Origin: Cyanobacteria bacterium RYN_339
Lineage (GTDB): Bacteria > Cyanobacteriota > Sericytochromatia > S15B-MN24 > JAQBPE01
Direction: 5' to 3'
NCBI GenBank assembly: GCA_028287685.1
Contig: JAQBPE010000080.1
Span: 1-63,687, forward strand
Length of the DNA stretch: 63,687 nt
Shown here piece after piece: positions 9,731 through 18,787 of the stretch. Both the position numbers and the translations under genes were made by a program. Under the pieces are notes generated by a model. That model was not told the origin of the DNA. It ran no database searches and was given only the letters and a program-made list of their open reading frames with translations. Within the stretch, counting starts at the first letter, position 1, and every line of letters starts with the position of its first letter.

Positions 9731-9761
9731 GCCCCGGACCGAACGGTCCGGGGCTTTCTTT
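9731..9761 (+). terminator. Rho-independent terminator
   Basis: GCCCCGGACC-gaac-GGTCCGGGGC hairpin followed by TTTCTTT, just after the S8 stop codon. Confidence 0.85.
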
Positions 9762-9789
9762 CTGGCGCAAGAACCGCTAGGATCGACGA

Positions 9790-10242
9790 GTGAACAGCTT
9801 CCCCCCGATCCCTCCGCTCGATGCCAAGCAGGTCAAGGCGCTGGTGCGCATGATCCGCGTGCTGCGCTACGATCACCCCGCTTGGGGCGATGACGCGGTG
9901 GCCGAGGAGTTCGAGACGGTACAGCGCTGGCTGGCCTCCCAGGAGCGGCCGGCCCCGTTCCTCGAATGGCTGGAGACGCCGCGCTGGCGGGCGGGCTTCG
10001 ACCGGGCCGCGGCCCTGGCCGGGCGGGTCACGGAGCAACGGCAACGCGAGAAGGCCTCCCGCCAACGTTGGAAGGACGTCGTGCGCGACAAGCAGCCGTC
10101 CACCGCCGCCCAGCAACGCTACGTCACGCGGCTGGCCCGCCAGGCCGGCGAGCCGCTGGAGTTGCCGCCCGCCGATATGTCCAAGCTCGCCGCCAGCCGC
10201 GCCATCCAGCGCCTCAAGGCCTCTGCCCCACCCACCTCCTGA
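9790..10242 (+). CDS. Hypothetical protein with a DUF3072-like C-terminal motif
   Basis: C-terminus STAAQQRYVTRLARQAG...MSKLAASRAIQRLK resembles the DUF3072 pattern; fits between neighbouring genes. Confidence 0.55.
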   Translation: MNSFPPIPPLDAKQVKALVRMIRVLRYDHPAWGDDAVAEEFETVQRWLASQERPAPFLEWLETPRWRAGFDRAAALAGRVTEQRQREKASRQRWKDVVRDKQPSTAAQQRYVTRLARQAGEPLELPPADMSKLAASRAIQRLKASAPPTS

Positions 10243-10252
10243 ATTAGGCCCG

Positions 10253-12001
10253 ATGACCACCACCCTCCGCCGCCTCGTCACCGCCCTGACCCTGCTCGCC
10301 GCCTTCGCGCCGGCCCCGGCCTTCGCCGCCGGGCCGACCAAGGAGCAGAACGAGGCGACGCAACGCCTGCAACAAGATCGGCAGGCCTTGCGGAAGGCAG
10401 ACGCCCGGCTGCAGGAGGCGCGCGCCGCCCTGCTGGACGTGCCCACCTCGCGGGCCTCCGTCAGCCTGTCGCTGGCGAAGATGGCCTTCGACACGGCCAA
10501 CCTGAGCATCGTGATGAACGCGAAGCCGGAAGACGTGCTGTCCTGGCTGCGGAAGGGCGAGCGCTACGTCATGGAGGCGAGCATGAGCCTGATCCCGTCC
10601 CGCGGGGCGGAGGTCCGGGCCATGCTGATCGACGCGGGCAGCCTGCCCAAGACCGAGGTGGAGCTGATCAAGCTGCTCGACAAGCTCGCCGCCGCCCACT
10701 TCAACGTGCTGGTGCCGGAGGTCTACCGCCGCGGCTACACGATCTACCCCAGCGCGTTCACGGACCGCGATCCGGACTTCAAGGACGCCCCGGACATCTT
10801 GAAGATCCTCGTGCGCGAGGCCCACGTCCGCGGCATGGAAGTGCAGCCCTGGGTCTGGACCTTCCGGGCCCGCTCGCCCGGCTTCGGCAACCCGTTGCTG
10901 GGGCGCTTGCCCGGCCTGGGCGCGAGCACGGACGGCAAGGAGACGCGCTTCCTGAGCGCCGCCAACCCCCTGGCGCGCGAGTACGTCTTCGGGCTGCTGG
11001 ACGAGCTGGCCGAGCACTACGACATCGACGGCTTGTTGCTGGATTACATCCGCTACGACGAGGAAATCCCCGAAGACGACACCAGCAAGACCCGCTTCGC
11101 CCTGGAGTACCGCGCGCGCCACGGCGTGATGCCCACCTTCCCCGTGCCGCCGCACTCGCAGCTCGCCGTGGAGTGGCAGCTCTGGCGCGAGCAACAGGTG
11201 AACACGGCCGTGCAGGAGCTCTCGCGCATGCTGCGGGCGAAGCACCCGCGCTTCCCCATTGGGGCCGCGATCTTCCGCGGTGAAGGCTACGCTCGTTTGG
11301 CCAAGATGCAGCATTGGCGCCATTGGTCGAATAACCAGTGGGTCGATTGGGCGGCGCCGATGCTCTACACCCCCAAGAACGAGGACCTCGTGAAGTGGCT
11401 GGATTGGGAAACCGATCACCACACGCGCACGAACTTGATCTATCCGATCCTGGGCGTCCACCGCATGGACGAGCGCTCGGACCTGGTCGATGAAATCGTG
11501 GAACTGCACGCCAAGAACGTGCCCGGCTTCATGATCTTCGCGCTGGCCCACTTCGACATGACCCTGCTGGATGACCTCAAGGCGGGCCCGTTCCGGGAAG
11601 CGGCCGCCGTGCCCCACCGGAACCTGATTCGCGCCACGCGACGGGTGTTGGTGCAAGCCAACCACTACCTCACCCGCGTCTTCACGGAAGGCGACTTCGA
11701 GGCGGCCGCGACCGCGCGCATGCTGCACAAGGAGCTGGTGGCCATCAGCGTGCAGCTGCCCCTGCACGAGCTGCCGTATTGGCAGAACCAGCCCCTGATC
11801 GAGCGGATCCAGGGGGTCCAGGCTCTCGCGGACGCCGCGCCCTGGCCCGACGCCGTGCGCAAGGAGTTCAAGCACCGGCTGGATTACGCCATTACGCTGG
11901 TGCAGGCCAATGCCTTCCAACTGGACCACACGCGCTTCGTGCCGAGCAGCTTGCCGCCGATCCAGATCCAGGACGCACCGAAGAACGGGCAGGGGGACTG
12001 A
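10253..12001 (+). CDS. Secreted GHL10 (DUF187/YddW-like) glycoside hydrolase
   Basis: Signal peptide; RGYTIYPS, EAHVRGMEVQPW, YDIDGLLLDYIRY, MQHWRHW, PMLY motifs. Confidence 0.85.
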   Translation: MTTTLRRLVTALTLLAAFAPAPAFAAGPTKEQNEATQRLQQDRQALRKADARLQEARAALLDVPTSRASVSLSLAKMAFDTANLSIVMNAKPEDVLSWLRKGERYVMEASMSLIPSRGAEVRAMLIDAGSLPKTEVELIKLLDKLAAAHFNVLVPEVYRRGYTIYPSAFTDRDPDFKDAPDILKILVREAHVRGMEVQPWVWTFRARSPGFGNPLLGRLPGLGASTDGKETRFLSAANPLAREYVFGLLDELAEHYDIDGLLLDYIRYDEEIPEDDTSKTRFALEYRARHGVMPTFPVPPHSQLAVEWQLWREQQVNTAVQELSRMLRAKHPRFPIGAAIFRGEGYARLAKMQHWRHWSNNQWVDWAAPMLYTPKNEDLVKWLDWETDHHTRTNLIYPILGVHRMDERSDLVDEIVELHAKNVPGFMIFALAHFDMTLLDDLKAGPFREAAAVPHRNLIRATRRVLVQANHYLTRVFTEGDFEAAATARMLHKELVAISVQLPLHELPYWQNQPLIERIQGVQALADAAPWPDAVRKEFKHRLDYAITLVQANAFQLDHTRFVPSSLPPIQIQDAPKNGQGD

Positions 12002-12003
12002 AC

Positions 12004-12714
12004 ATGGCCCGGGGGCTCGTGGTCTTCGACAAAGACGGCGTCCTGATGGACTTCCACCGGCGCTGGGCGGCTATCACCCACGCCCGCGCGGAGGCCCTGG
12101 CGGACTTCGTCGATCCCGAGGTGATGACGGCCTTGCTCGGGCTGACCGCGGACGACCGCGTCCTGCCGGGCGGCCTGCTCGCCGGCGCCTCGCGCCAGGA
12201 ATCGATGGTCGCCGCGGCCGTGGCGGTGCACCAGACTGGGTTGCCGTGGCATGAGGCGATCGGCCATGCCCGCATGGCCTTCGACCAGGCGGACTTCGAC
12301 GTGGACTTCGACCAGAGCTCGCAACCGTTGCCCGGCGTGGTCGAGACGGTGCGCACCCTCCACGCCGCGGGATGGGTGCTGGCGATCGCTACCACGGATC
12401 AAACGGATGATGCCTGGAAGTTCTTGCACCACGCGGGCCTGGCTGAGTGTTTCCGCACGGTGATCGGTGCGGACCGGGTGACGGTAGGGAAGCCCGACCC
12501 GGGCATGTTCATCCTGGCCTGCGAAAAGGCCGGCATCGCGCCGGCAGACGCCGTGATGGTCGGCGATCTCGACATCGACCTCATGATGGGCCGGGCCGCG
12601 GGCGCCCGCCTCATGGTCGGGGTGTTGTCCGGCGTGGGCGATACCGAGTTGCTGCGGCCCCACGCCGACCTCCTCATGGAGGACATCCAGGACCTGGTCG
12701 GGGCACTCGCTTGA
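12004..12714 (+). CDS. HAD-superfamily hydrolase (phosphoglycolate-phosphatase-like)
   Basis: FDKDGVL motif I, ATT motif II, GKPDP, MVGD motif IV. Confidence 0.88.
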   Translation: MARGLVVFDKDGVLMDFHRRWAAITHARAEALADFVDPEVMTALLGLTADDRVLPGGLLAGASRQESMVAAAVAVHQTGLPWHEAIGHARMAFDQADFDVDFDQSSQPLPGVVETVRTLHAAGWVLAIATTDQTDDAWKFLHHAGLAECFRTVIGADRVTVGKPDPGMFILACEKAGIAPADAVMVGDLDIDLMMGRAAGARLMVGVLSGVGDTELLRPHADLLMEDIQDLVGALA

Positions 12715-14042
12715 TCGCCTGGGCGTTGGCCGCGGCGCTGGCCACGCCGCCGAAGTTGGTGGTCCTCGAGTGGGAAGGCGGCGGCAGCCAGCTGGTGCGC
12801 CGCCTCCTGGCCGAAGGGGCCATGCCCCACCTGGCCGCGTTGGTGGCCCGCGGCGCCGTGGCCGAGGAGGCCCGGCCGCCTTTCGTGCGGGGTCGCCTGG
12901 CCGCCGGAGCCGCCTTATGGACTGGCGCCGCGCCGGACGTCAGCGGCGTAACGGGTGGGTACGTGCCGCTGGCCGGCCGCTCGATCCTGGAAGGCCACCC
13001 GGCCGACGTGCTGGCGGCGGCCTCCCTGCCCGAGGCGGCGGCCACGGCCGGCCGGCAAGTCGTGGCGGTCGACCTGCCCTGGCGCCCCGCGGGCGCCGCT
13101 GCCCTGACCATCGAGGAAGCGGTGCCGCTGGATGAGCGCTTGCCGGATGACCAGTACGGCGCGGAAATCATGACGCGGCTGGCGCGCCACCGCCATGCGG
13201 TGGTGGCGGCCATGAAGGCCCGGTCATGGGACGTTTTCACCGTGAGTCTGGCCCTGCCGGCGCGCGCGGAGGCCCGCTGGTGGGGGATCGTCGTGCCCGG
13301 CACGCCTGCGGCGGATGGGGCCGCGGCCGTGCGCGTCTGGCCGCGCTTGCGTCAGGTTTGCCAGGGCGTGGATTTGACCATCGGGGCGCTGGCGGACGCG
13401 TTGCCGCCTGGGGCCGTGTTTGCCGTGGTGGGCGAGCGCGGGCTGACGCCGACGCGCTGGACCTTCCACCCCAACGTGGCCTTGCGCCGGGCCGGGCTCC
13501 TGGCGTTGGACCGCACGGGACAGGTCGACCTGGCCCACACGGAGGTCATGTACGGTCCGACCAACGGGGGGTTCCTGCTGATCAACACGCTGGATCGCCC
13601 CGGCGGCATCGTGGACCCGGTGCGCGGTCCCGCCGTGGTCAATGCGGCACGGCGGGCGTTGCTGGAGGTCAGCGTCAAGACGCTTGAAGGCGTCCGCCCC
13701 GTGGTGCGGGCGGCCTTGCCGCCCGGTCCGGGCACGGGCACTGCCGGCGTCTTGTACCTGGGGCTCCAGCCCGGTTACGACATGGATGCCCAGCCCACCG
13801 GCGAGGCGTTGTTCAGCCCACGTCCGCCGGCTACCAGCGCCGGCGATGGCAGCCCGGAGGAGCCCGGCTTCCTGGCGGTCATAGGCCCCGGCCTGGCACC
13901 GCGGGGGCGCATGGCCGCCATCTCTACCCTGGACGTTGCGCCAACGCTCGCCCGCTTGATCGGCCTGCCGCCCCTCAAGGATGCGCGTGGCCGGGTGCTG
14001 ACGGAGCTGCTTAGATCCGCAGGCGCAGGCCAACCCAACTGA
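12711..14042 (+). CDS. Alkaline-phosphatase/NPP-superfamily protein with a degenerate active site
   Basis: TTG start overlaps the HAD stop. AEGAMPHLAALVARG, LWTG..P..SGVTG and DVAPTLARLIGL match the family scaffold, but the DG, nucleophile and SDHG positions are substituted. Confidence 0.65.
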   Translation: MIAWALAAALATPPKLVVLEWEGGGSQLVRRLLAEGAMPHLAALVARGAVAEEARPPFVRGRLAAGAALWTGAAPDVSGVTGGYVPLAGRSILEGHPADVLAAASLPEAAATAGRQVVAVDLPWRPAGAAALTIEEAVPLDERLPDDQYGAEIMTRLARHRHAVVAAMKARSWDVFTVSLALPARAEARWWGIVVPGTPAADGAAAVRVWPRLRQVCQGVDLTIGALADALPPGAVFAVVGERGLTPTRWTFHPNVALRRAGLLALDRTGQVDLAHTEVMYGPTNGGFLLINTLDRPGGIVDPVRGPAVVNAARRALLEVSVKTLEGVRPVVRAALPPGPGTGTAGVLYLGLQPGYDMDAQPTGEALFSPRPPATSAGDGSPEEPGFLAVIGPGLAPRGRMAAISTLDVAPTLARLIGLPPLKDARGRVLTELLRSAGAGQPN

Positions 14043-14583
14043 AGTCCGGCGGCCAGGAGAGGCTCGGGATCACGCTGACCTCGACCAGGCCCATGCGGTA
14101 GGCGATTTCCGGCGAGATCAAGACGCCCTGCCCGTCGGGGGTGCCCCAGTTGGTGTCGTAGAGCTGGAAGCCACAGCGGAAGGTCAGGCCCGCCTCGCTT
14201 TGGAGCGATACCAGGAAACCGCCCTGCCAGCCCCAGACAGGCGGCTGGAAGACGTCGCCCGCGAGCCGCTCGCGCGTTTGCAGCACGCCGCCGTTGAGCG
14301 CAATTTGCATGCCGGCGGCTTCGCTGTTGAACAGGCGCCATGTGCCGCGGTAACCCCAGTTCTGGGGCGCGAAGACCTGGTCCATCGACACGCCCAGGCT
14401 GATGGCATCGGTGAACGCGAAATCCAGCGTGCCCGGGCCGAAGCCGTAGAAGAGCGCGAGCTCCTTGTCGTGGTAGTCCGCCTTGCCCTCGCGCAGCGTG
14501 GCGCGCGGGGGATCCGCGGCGAAGACGGGCGCTGCCAGGCCCAGGATGCATGTGGCGGCTGCCAGCGCGGGTACCAACTTCAT
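14011..14583 (-). CDS. Secreted protein, probable small outer-membrane beta-barrel
   Basis: Signal peptide; alternating hydrophobic strands; ends VGLRLRI. Confidence 0.55.
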   Translation of the reverse strand: MKLVPALAAATCILGLAAPVFAADPPRATLREGKADYHDKELALFYGFGPGTLDFAFTDAISLGVSMDQVFAPQNWGYRGTWRLFNSEAAGMQIALNGGVLQTRERLAGDVFQPPVWGWQGGFLVSLQSEAGLTFRCGFQLYDTNWGTPDGQGVLISPEIAYRMGLVEVSVIPSLSWPPDFSWVGLRLRI

Positions 14584-14689
14584 CGTTCGATGCCTCCTGT
14601 GATGCCTATCTTAGACGACGAGCGCGACCGCCGTCACGTTCCCCGGCTCGGTTGGCGGGGTATAACCATAACAAGAGGGTTCGCCTGCC

Positions 14690-15232
14690 ATGCCATTTCG
14701 CTACCAGATGCAAAAGGTCCTTGACCTCATGCTCAACCGCGAGAAAGCGATCGACGCGGAGGTCATGGCCGCCACCGCCGCGCGCAACATCGAGCAAGCC
14801 AAGCTCGACGAGATCGATATGCGCAAGAACGCCGCCCAGAAGGGCCTGAGCGCCCAGATGGGTGCCGGCGCCACGGCCGACGTCGCCGCCAGCAACGACT
14901 ACATCCAGGCGCTCAACCTCCGGGCCGAAGCCCAGATGAAGTATGTGAAGGCCGCCCAGACGGTCGTCAACGCCGCCTCGGAGAAGCAAACCGCCGCGCG
15001 CCGCGAGCGCAAGAAGATCGAGCAACACAAAGAGATGAAGCTCAAGATCTGGCAGGCGGAAGAGAAGAAGAAGGACGCCAAGAAGATGGACGAAATGGCC
15101 GGCACCATCTTCATGAAGAAGCGCGCCCTCAACGAAGAAAACGCCCGCGACGAAGCGGAGCGCGACGTGAAGATGGAACAGCTGCGGCTGCTGCGGGAAC
15201 TGCGCGAGAAGCGGGAAAAGAAGGGCTACTAA
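14690..15232 (+). CDS. fliJ: Flagellar export protein FliJ
   Basis: MPFRYQMQKVLDL N-terminus, coiled coil, ARRERKKIE...KKMDEMA; directly upstream of a fliK-like gene. Confidence 0.75.
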   Translation: MPFRYQMQKVLDLMLNREKAIDAEVMAATAARNIEQAKLDEIDMRKNAAQKGLSAQMGAGATADVAASNDYIQALNLRAEAQMKYVKAAQTVVNAASEKQTAARRERKKIEQHKEMKLKIWQAEEKKKDAKKMDEMAGTIFMKKRALNEENARDEAERDVKMEQLRLLRELREKREKKGY

Positions 15233-15234
15233 GC

Positions 15235-16116
15235 ATGAACATCCAACTTGCCGTCACCCCGCCCCCCGCCGCCCCGGAGCCGCCGAAGCCCAACACCGGG
15301 CGCGAAGACGCCATCGCGGCCAACAAGAAGCAGGCTGACTTCCAGAAGCTGATCCACGACGAAGTGGAGAAGAAGAAGGCGCTGGAAGGCAAGAACCTGC
15401 CCACGCCGCTGCTGCCCTGGCTGGCGACGCAAGCCCCCGTGGCCAGCGACAATACCGAAGAGGAACTGGCCGGCATCAGCGCCGCGAACGCCCTGTCCGC
15501 CGGTGAGCGTGCCGCCGCCCGTGCCTTCGCCGCTTCCTTGGCGGGCCAGCGGCCCGTCGACGGCGCCAACGCCCGCGGTCGCAAGCCGGAGGAGCCGGTC
15601 GATTTCGAGGCCGTGAAGCCGACCGCACCCAAGGAAGCCGACGTCACCCCGGTCCACGTGGTTGTGGAAGCCGGGCTTCCCCCGGTGCAGCCGACCGAGT
15701 CCATCAAGCCGGGCCAGGACGTGCCGCTGGCACAGCTGCCCCAGGCCGTGGCCGGCACCGCGCGCCAACTGGTCAAGGACAACCAGGCCATCACCCAGCT
15801 TGATTTTCAGATCACCCCGCCGCACGTCGGCCCGGTGAACTTGGAGGTTAGCCTGCAAGACCGTGTCGTGAGCATCCAGATTGTGGTGCCCAACATCCAG
15901 GCCAAGCACGCGCTGGAAGGACAGATGGGCAACATCGCCTCGATCCTGCAGGCCCAGAACCTCACGGCCGGTCCCGTACGCATCGTCACGGCCGCCGCCG
16001 GGAAATCGGGCGCAGGCGCCATGGGCGCGCAGGGCGAACAGGCCGGCTTTGGCCTCCTAAACGGCGGCCGCAAGCGGGCTGCCGGGCCAGATGACATGAC
16101 GGCTGGTTCGGTTTAG
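15235..16116 (+). CDS. fliK: Flagellar hook-length control protein FliK
   Basis: Pro/Ala-rich N-terminus plus FQITPPHVGPVNLEV...LEGQMGNIASILQAQNL (Flg_hook C domain). Confidence 0.75.
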   Translation: MNIQLAVTPPPAAPEPPKPNTGREDAIAANKKQADFQKLIHDEVEKKKALEGKNLPTPLLPWLATQAPVASDNTEEELAGISAANALSAGERAAARAFAASLAGQRPVDGANARGRKPEEPVDFEAVKPTAPKEADVTPVHVVVEAGLPPVQPTESIKPGQDVPLAQLPQAVAGTARQLVKDNQAITQLDFQITPPHVGPVNLEVSLQDRVVSIQIVVPNIQAKHALEGQMGNIASILQAQNLTAGPVRIVTAAAGKSGAGAMGAQGEQAGFGLLNGGRKRAAGPDDMTAGSV

Positions 16117-16157
16117 CATAGGGGCGTCACCCCAAGCTTCCTTAAGGAGGAGGTCTC

Positions 16158-16646
16158 ATGCTAAACGTTGGCGACAAGTTCCCAAGCGTCTCGCTTGAAG
16201 GCACCCAAGGCGGCGAAGCCAAGCGCTATAACCTGGGCGATCCGTCCGGCAAAATCCGCGTGTTGGTCTTCTACCCCTTCGCCTTCACCCCCGTTTGAAC
16301 GCGGGAACTGCCGGACGCGAATTCCAAGTTATCGGAATTCAGCGCCCGCAACGCCGAGGTCTTCGGCGTTTCCATGGACAGCGTTCACACGAACCGGGCC
16401 TATGCCACTGAAATTGGCGGCCTCGGTTACCCCCTGCTCTCGGATTGGAACCCCCACGGCCACCTGGTGGATCAGCTCGGCATCCGCGTCGCGGAGAAGG
16501 GCTGTCCCAGCCGGACCACCGTGATCGTGGACAAGGATGGCGTCATTCGCGACATCCAGACGAACGCGCTCGGCGACGACCGCGACTTCGACGTCACGTT
16601 GGCGAAGGTCGCCGAGATCAACCAGGGGGAGGCGGCGGGAAGCTAG
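16158..16646 (+). CDS. Peroxiredoxin (AhpC/TSA, AhpE-like) with in-frame TGA at the peroxidatic Cys; probable selenoprotein
   Basis: AAGGAGGAGG RBS and ATG 16158. Reads MLNVGDKFP...LVFYPFAFTPV[TGA 16296-16298]TRELP...VFGVSMDS...YPLLSDW...RTTVIVDKDGVIR, in frame with ORF 16374-16646. Confidence 0.88.
16311..16349 (+). promoter_or_regulatory. Candidate bacterial SECIS hairpin
   Basis: GAATTCC(16319-25)-aagttatc-GGAATTC(16334-40) stem, extendable by CGC/GCG across a bulged A; loop lies about 27-30 nt after the UGA. Confidence 0.65.
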
Positions 16647-18565
16647 CTTAGCTCCAAGTAGCCCCGGCGACGCACGATCCCTCGTGCGGTTTCGCCGGGG
16701 CTCGCGCATTTCGCGCACTCCGCCACCGGCGCCGCCGTGTGGCCGCAGCCTTGGCAGATGGATAGCGGGAAGTCCAGGGCGTAAGCCCGCACGCCCGCGG
16801 CCGCGGCCGCCTGCACCCGGGCAATCGCCTGCTCGGCGGGCAACGTGGTGGGCTGCACGTCCCGGAAGACGCAGCCACCCGCGAACAGCGGCGCGTAGGC
16901 GCCCTCGATCGTCAGGCGCTCGTGCCAGGCCAGCCCGGCATCCGCCGGCAGCGACACGCCCGCACTGTAACCGGGCATCTCCGTCACGCCCTTGATCAGG
17001 CCGAACTCGCGTCGGTCCAGGCGCGCGAAGCGCTCGCTCACGCCGTCAGCATCGGCCGACTGCAGCACCAACCGCACGCCCAGCTGATCGCCCAGTTCCG
17101 CGCAGAGCGCGGCGGCCCGGCGGATGATGGTAAGGCCCTCGGCCTGGACGGACGGCGAGCCACCATGGTGTTCGCCCGCCAACACGACCAGGGCCTGCGC
17201 CAGGCCTACCAGCCCGATGGCCAGCGTTCCCTCGCGCAGCACATCGCGGATCGGGGCTTCCGGCGTCAGGGCGGCAGAGCCGTTCCAGAGGCGCTGGCCC
17301 ATCAGGAAGGGGAAGTCGGCCGCGGGCCGGGCGCCCAGGGCATCCAACCGGTGGACGAGGTGTTGGGCGGCCACCCGGATGGCGGCGTCCAGCGCCTGGT
17401 GGAAGTCGGTGGCTTCGCGGCGCGCCGTGAGGGCCAATCGGGGCAAGTTCACGCTCAGGCGGGCCACCTGTCCGACGCCGGTGCCGGCACCCACGCGGGC
17501 TTCATGCCCCGCATAAGCCACGCCTTCGCCGTCATGCACGAAGGTCACCAGCCGGCGGTCGCAGGCCAGCTCGACCGCCTGGCGCGTCAGGTCGAAGTTG
17601 GGGTCGCCCGGGTTCAGGTTCACGCCGGCACGAAGCAGGAAGACGACGTGGGGCCGCAAGGCCGCCTCGCCGCGACCCAGGCCCCGGCCGGCAGCCGTCA
17701 GCAGGGCCCGCGTGACCTCACGCCCCAGCGGGCTAACGTCGAGGCCGACCTGCAAGCTCGCGTAGGGCAAGTGGTCGCCGCCCTGAACGGACATTGTATT
17801 GAGGTTGTACACCAGGGATTCCATGGCCTGGTCCAGCTCGGCGGGCGTGGTCTGGGCCGGCAGCACCGTGGCCAGGTCGCTGTCGAAGGTGGCCAAGGTC
17901 TGGCCGCCATGGCAATCGGCCTGGGCGGCCTGGAGGATCACGGAGGTCAAGGCGGCGGCGGAGGCGGCGCGCTTCGGCGCCCGCATGAAGCCGTGGCCGC
18001 TGGCGAAACCATCTTGCAAGAGCCGCAAGTAAGGCACGACGAAGCCGTGGGGCGCCTGAGCGTAGTCCGCGAGTCCGTGCAGATGGATGGCGCCAGCCTC
18101 ATGGGCCTCCGCCATGGCCTCGGGCAGCACGCGGTTCATGTAGAACTCGCGGCTAGCGGCCACCCCGATGGCGGCGCGGCGCCAGCGGCTGCCGGCGGCG
18201 CGCGCCGGGGCCTCGTCGTTGGAGAGGATCTCCGCCACGGTGTCCATCAACTCGCTCTTGCCTTCGCGGATGCGGCTGCGGCGGGCACGGTAAAGGATGA
18301 AGGCCTTGGCCGTGCGGGCGTGCCCGTGCTCGATCAGGACCTTCTCGATCGTGTCCTGGATGGTCTCCACGGTGGGGATCTTGCCGGAGGCGTCGGTGCC
18401 TACCCGGCGCAGCACGTCCTGGGCCAACTCGTCGGCGAGGTTGTAGTCGGAACCCTGGACGGCTTGGGCGGACCGCATGATGGCGGCCACGATCTTGCTG
18501 CGGTCGAAGGCGACGATCCGTCCGTCCCGTTTTTGGATTTCCGAAATTTCCCGCGCCATGACCAT
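16643..18565 (-). CDS. ATP-cone plus class III ribonucleotide reductase (NrdD)-like protein lacking catalytic cysteines
   Basis: ATP cone (KRDGRIVAFDRSKI); NrdD scaffold motifs NLNTM, PGDPNFDL, NLPRLA, FPFLMGQ, HHG; CxxC...CxxC; terminal RGYL. TCC and YMGCR equivalents are replaced. Confidence 0.85.
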   Translation of the reverse strand: MVMAREISEIQKRDGRIVAFDRSKIVAAIMRSAQAVQGSDYNLADELAQDVLRRVGTDASGKIPTVETIQDTIEKVLIEHGHARTAKAFILYRARRSRIREGKSELMDTVAEILSNDEAPARAAGSRWRRAAIGVAASREFYMNRVLPEAMAEAHEAGAIHLHGLADYAQAPHGFVVPYLRLLQDGFASGHGFMRAPKRAASAAALTSVILQAAQADCHGGQTLATFDSDLATVLPAQTTPAELDQAMESLVYNLNTMSVQGGDHLPYASLQVGLDVSPLGREVTRALLTAAGRGLGRGEAALRPHVVFLLRAGVNLNPGDPNFDLTRQAVELACDRRLVTFVHDGEGVAYAGHEARVGAGTGVGQVARLSVNLPRLALTARREATDFHQALDAAIRVAAQHLVHRLDALGARPAADFPFLMGQRLWNGSAALTPEAPIRDVLREGTLAIGLVGLAQALVVLAGEHHGGSPSVQAEGLTIIRRAAALCAELGDQLGVRLVLQSADADGVSERFARLDRREFGLIKGVTEMPGYSAGVSLPADAGLAWHERLTIEGAYAPLFAGGCVFRDVQPTTLPAEQAIARVQAAAAAGVRAYALDFPLSICQGCGHTAAPVAECAKCASPGETARGIVRRRGYLELS

Positions 18566-18787
18566 GAGTGACATAACCTCTCTATGATGACCTGTAAGCC
18601 AATGCACCACGCGCGTCATGAGCGTGTTCGGCTGCTGAAAACCCGCGCCGCGCCCGTGATTTAAGTCATGACAAGCTGGGGTACATGTGGGAAAATGATG
18701 CCAATCATTCTACACAAAGGCGCCTGATTTCCGCAGTTTCCGCGATCTGGAAATCGACCTGGCCTGTGCAACGGAGGACGACAACGA

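Noticed and set aside
16168-16524. 118-aa ORF overlapping the peroxiredoxin, or a frameshift/pseudogene reading of the locus
   Set aside because: Off-frame with no motifs. The Prx halves are in the same frame, separated by one TGA at the catalytic position, so no frameshift is needed.
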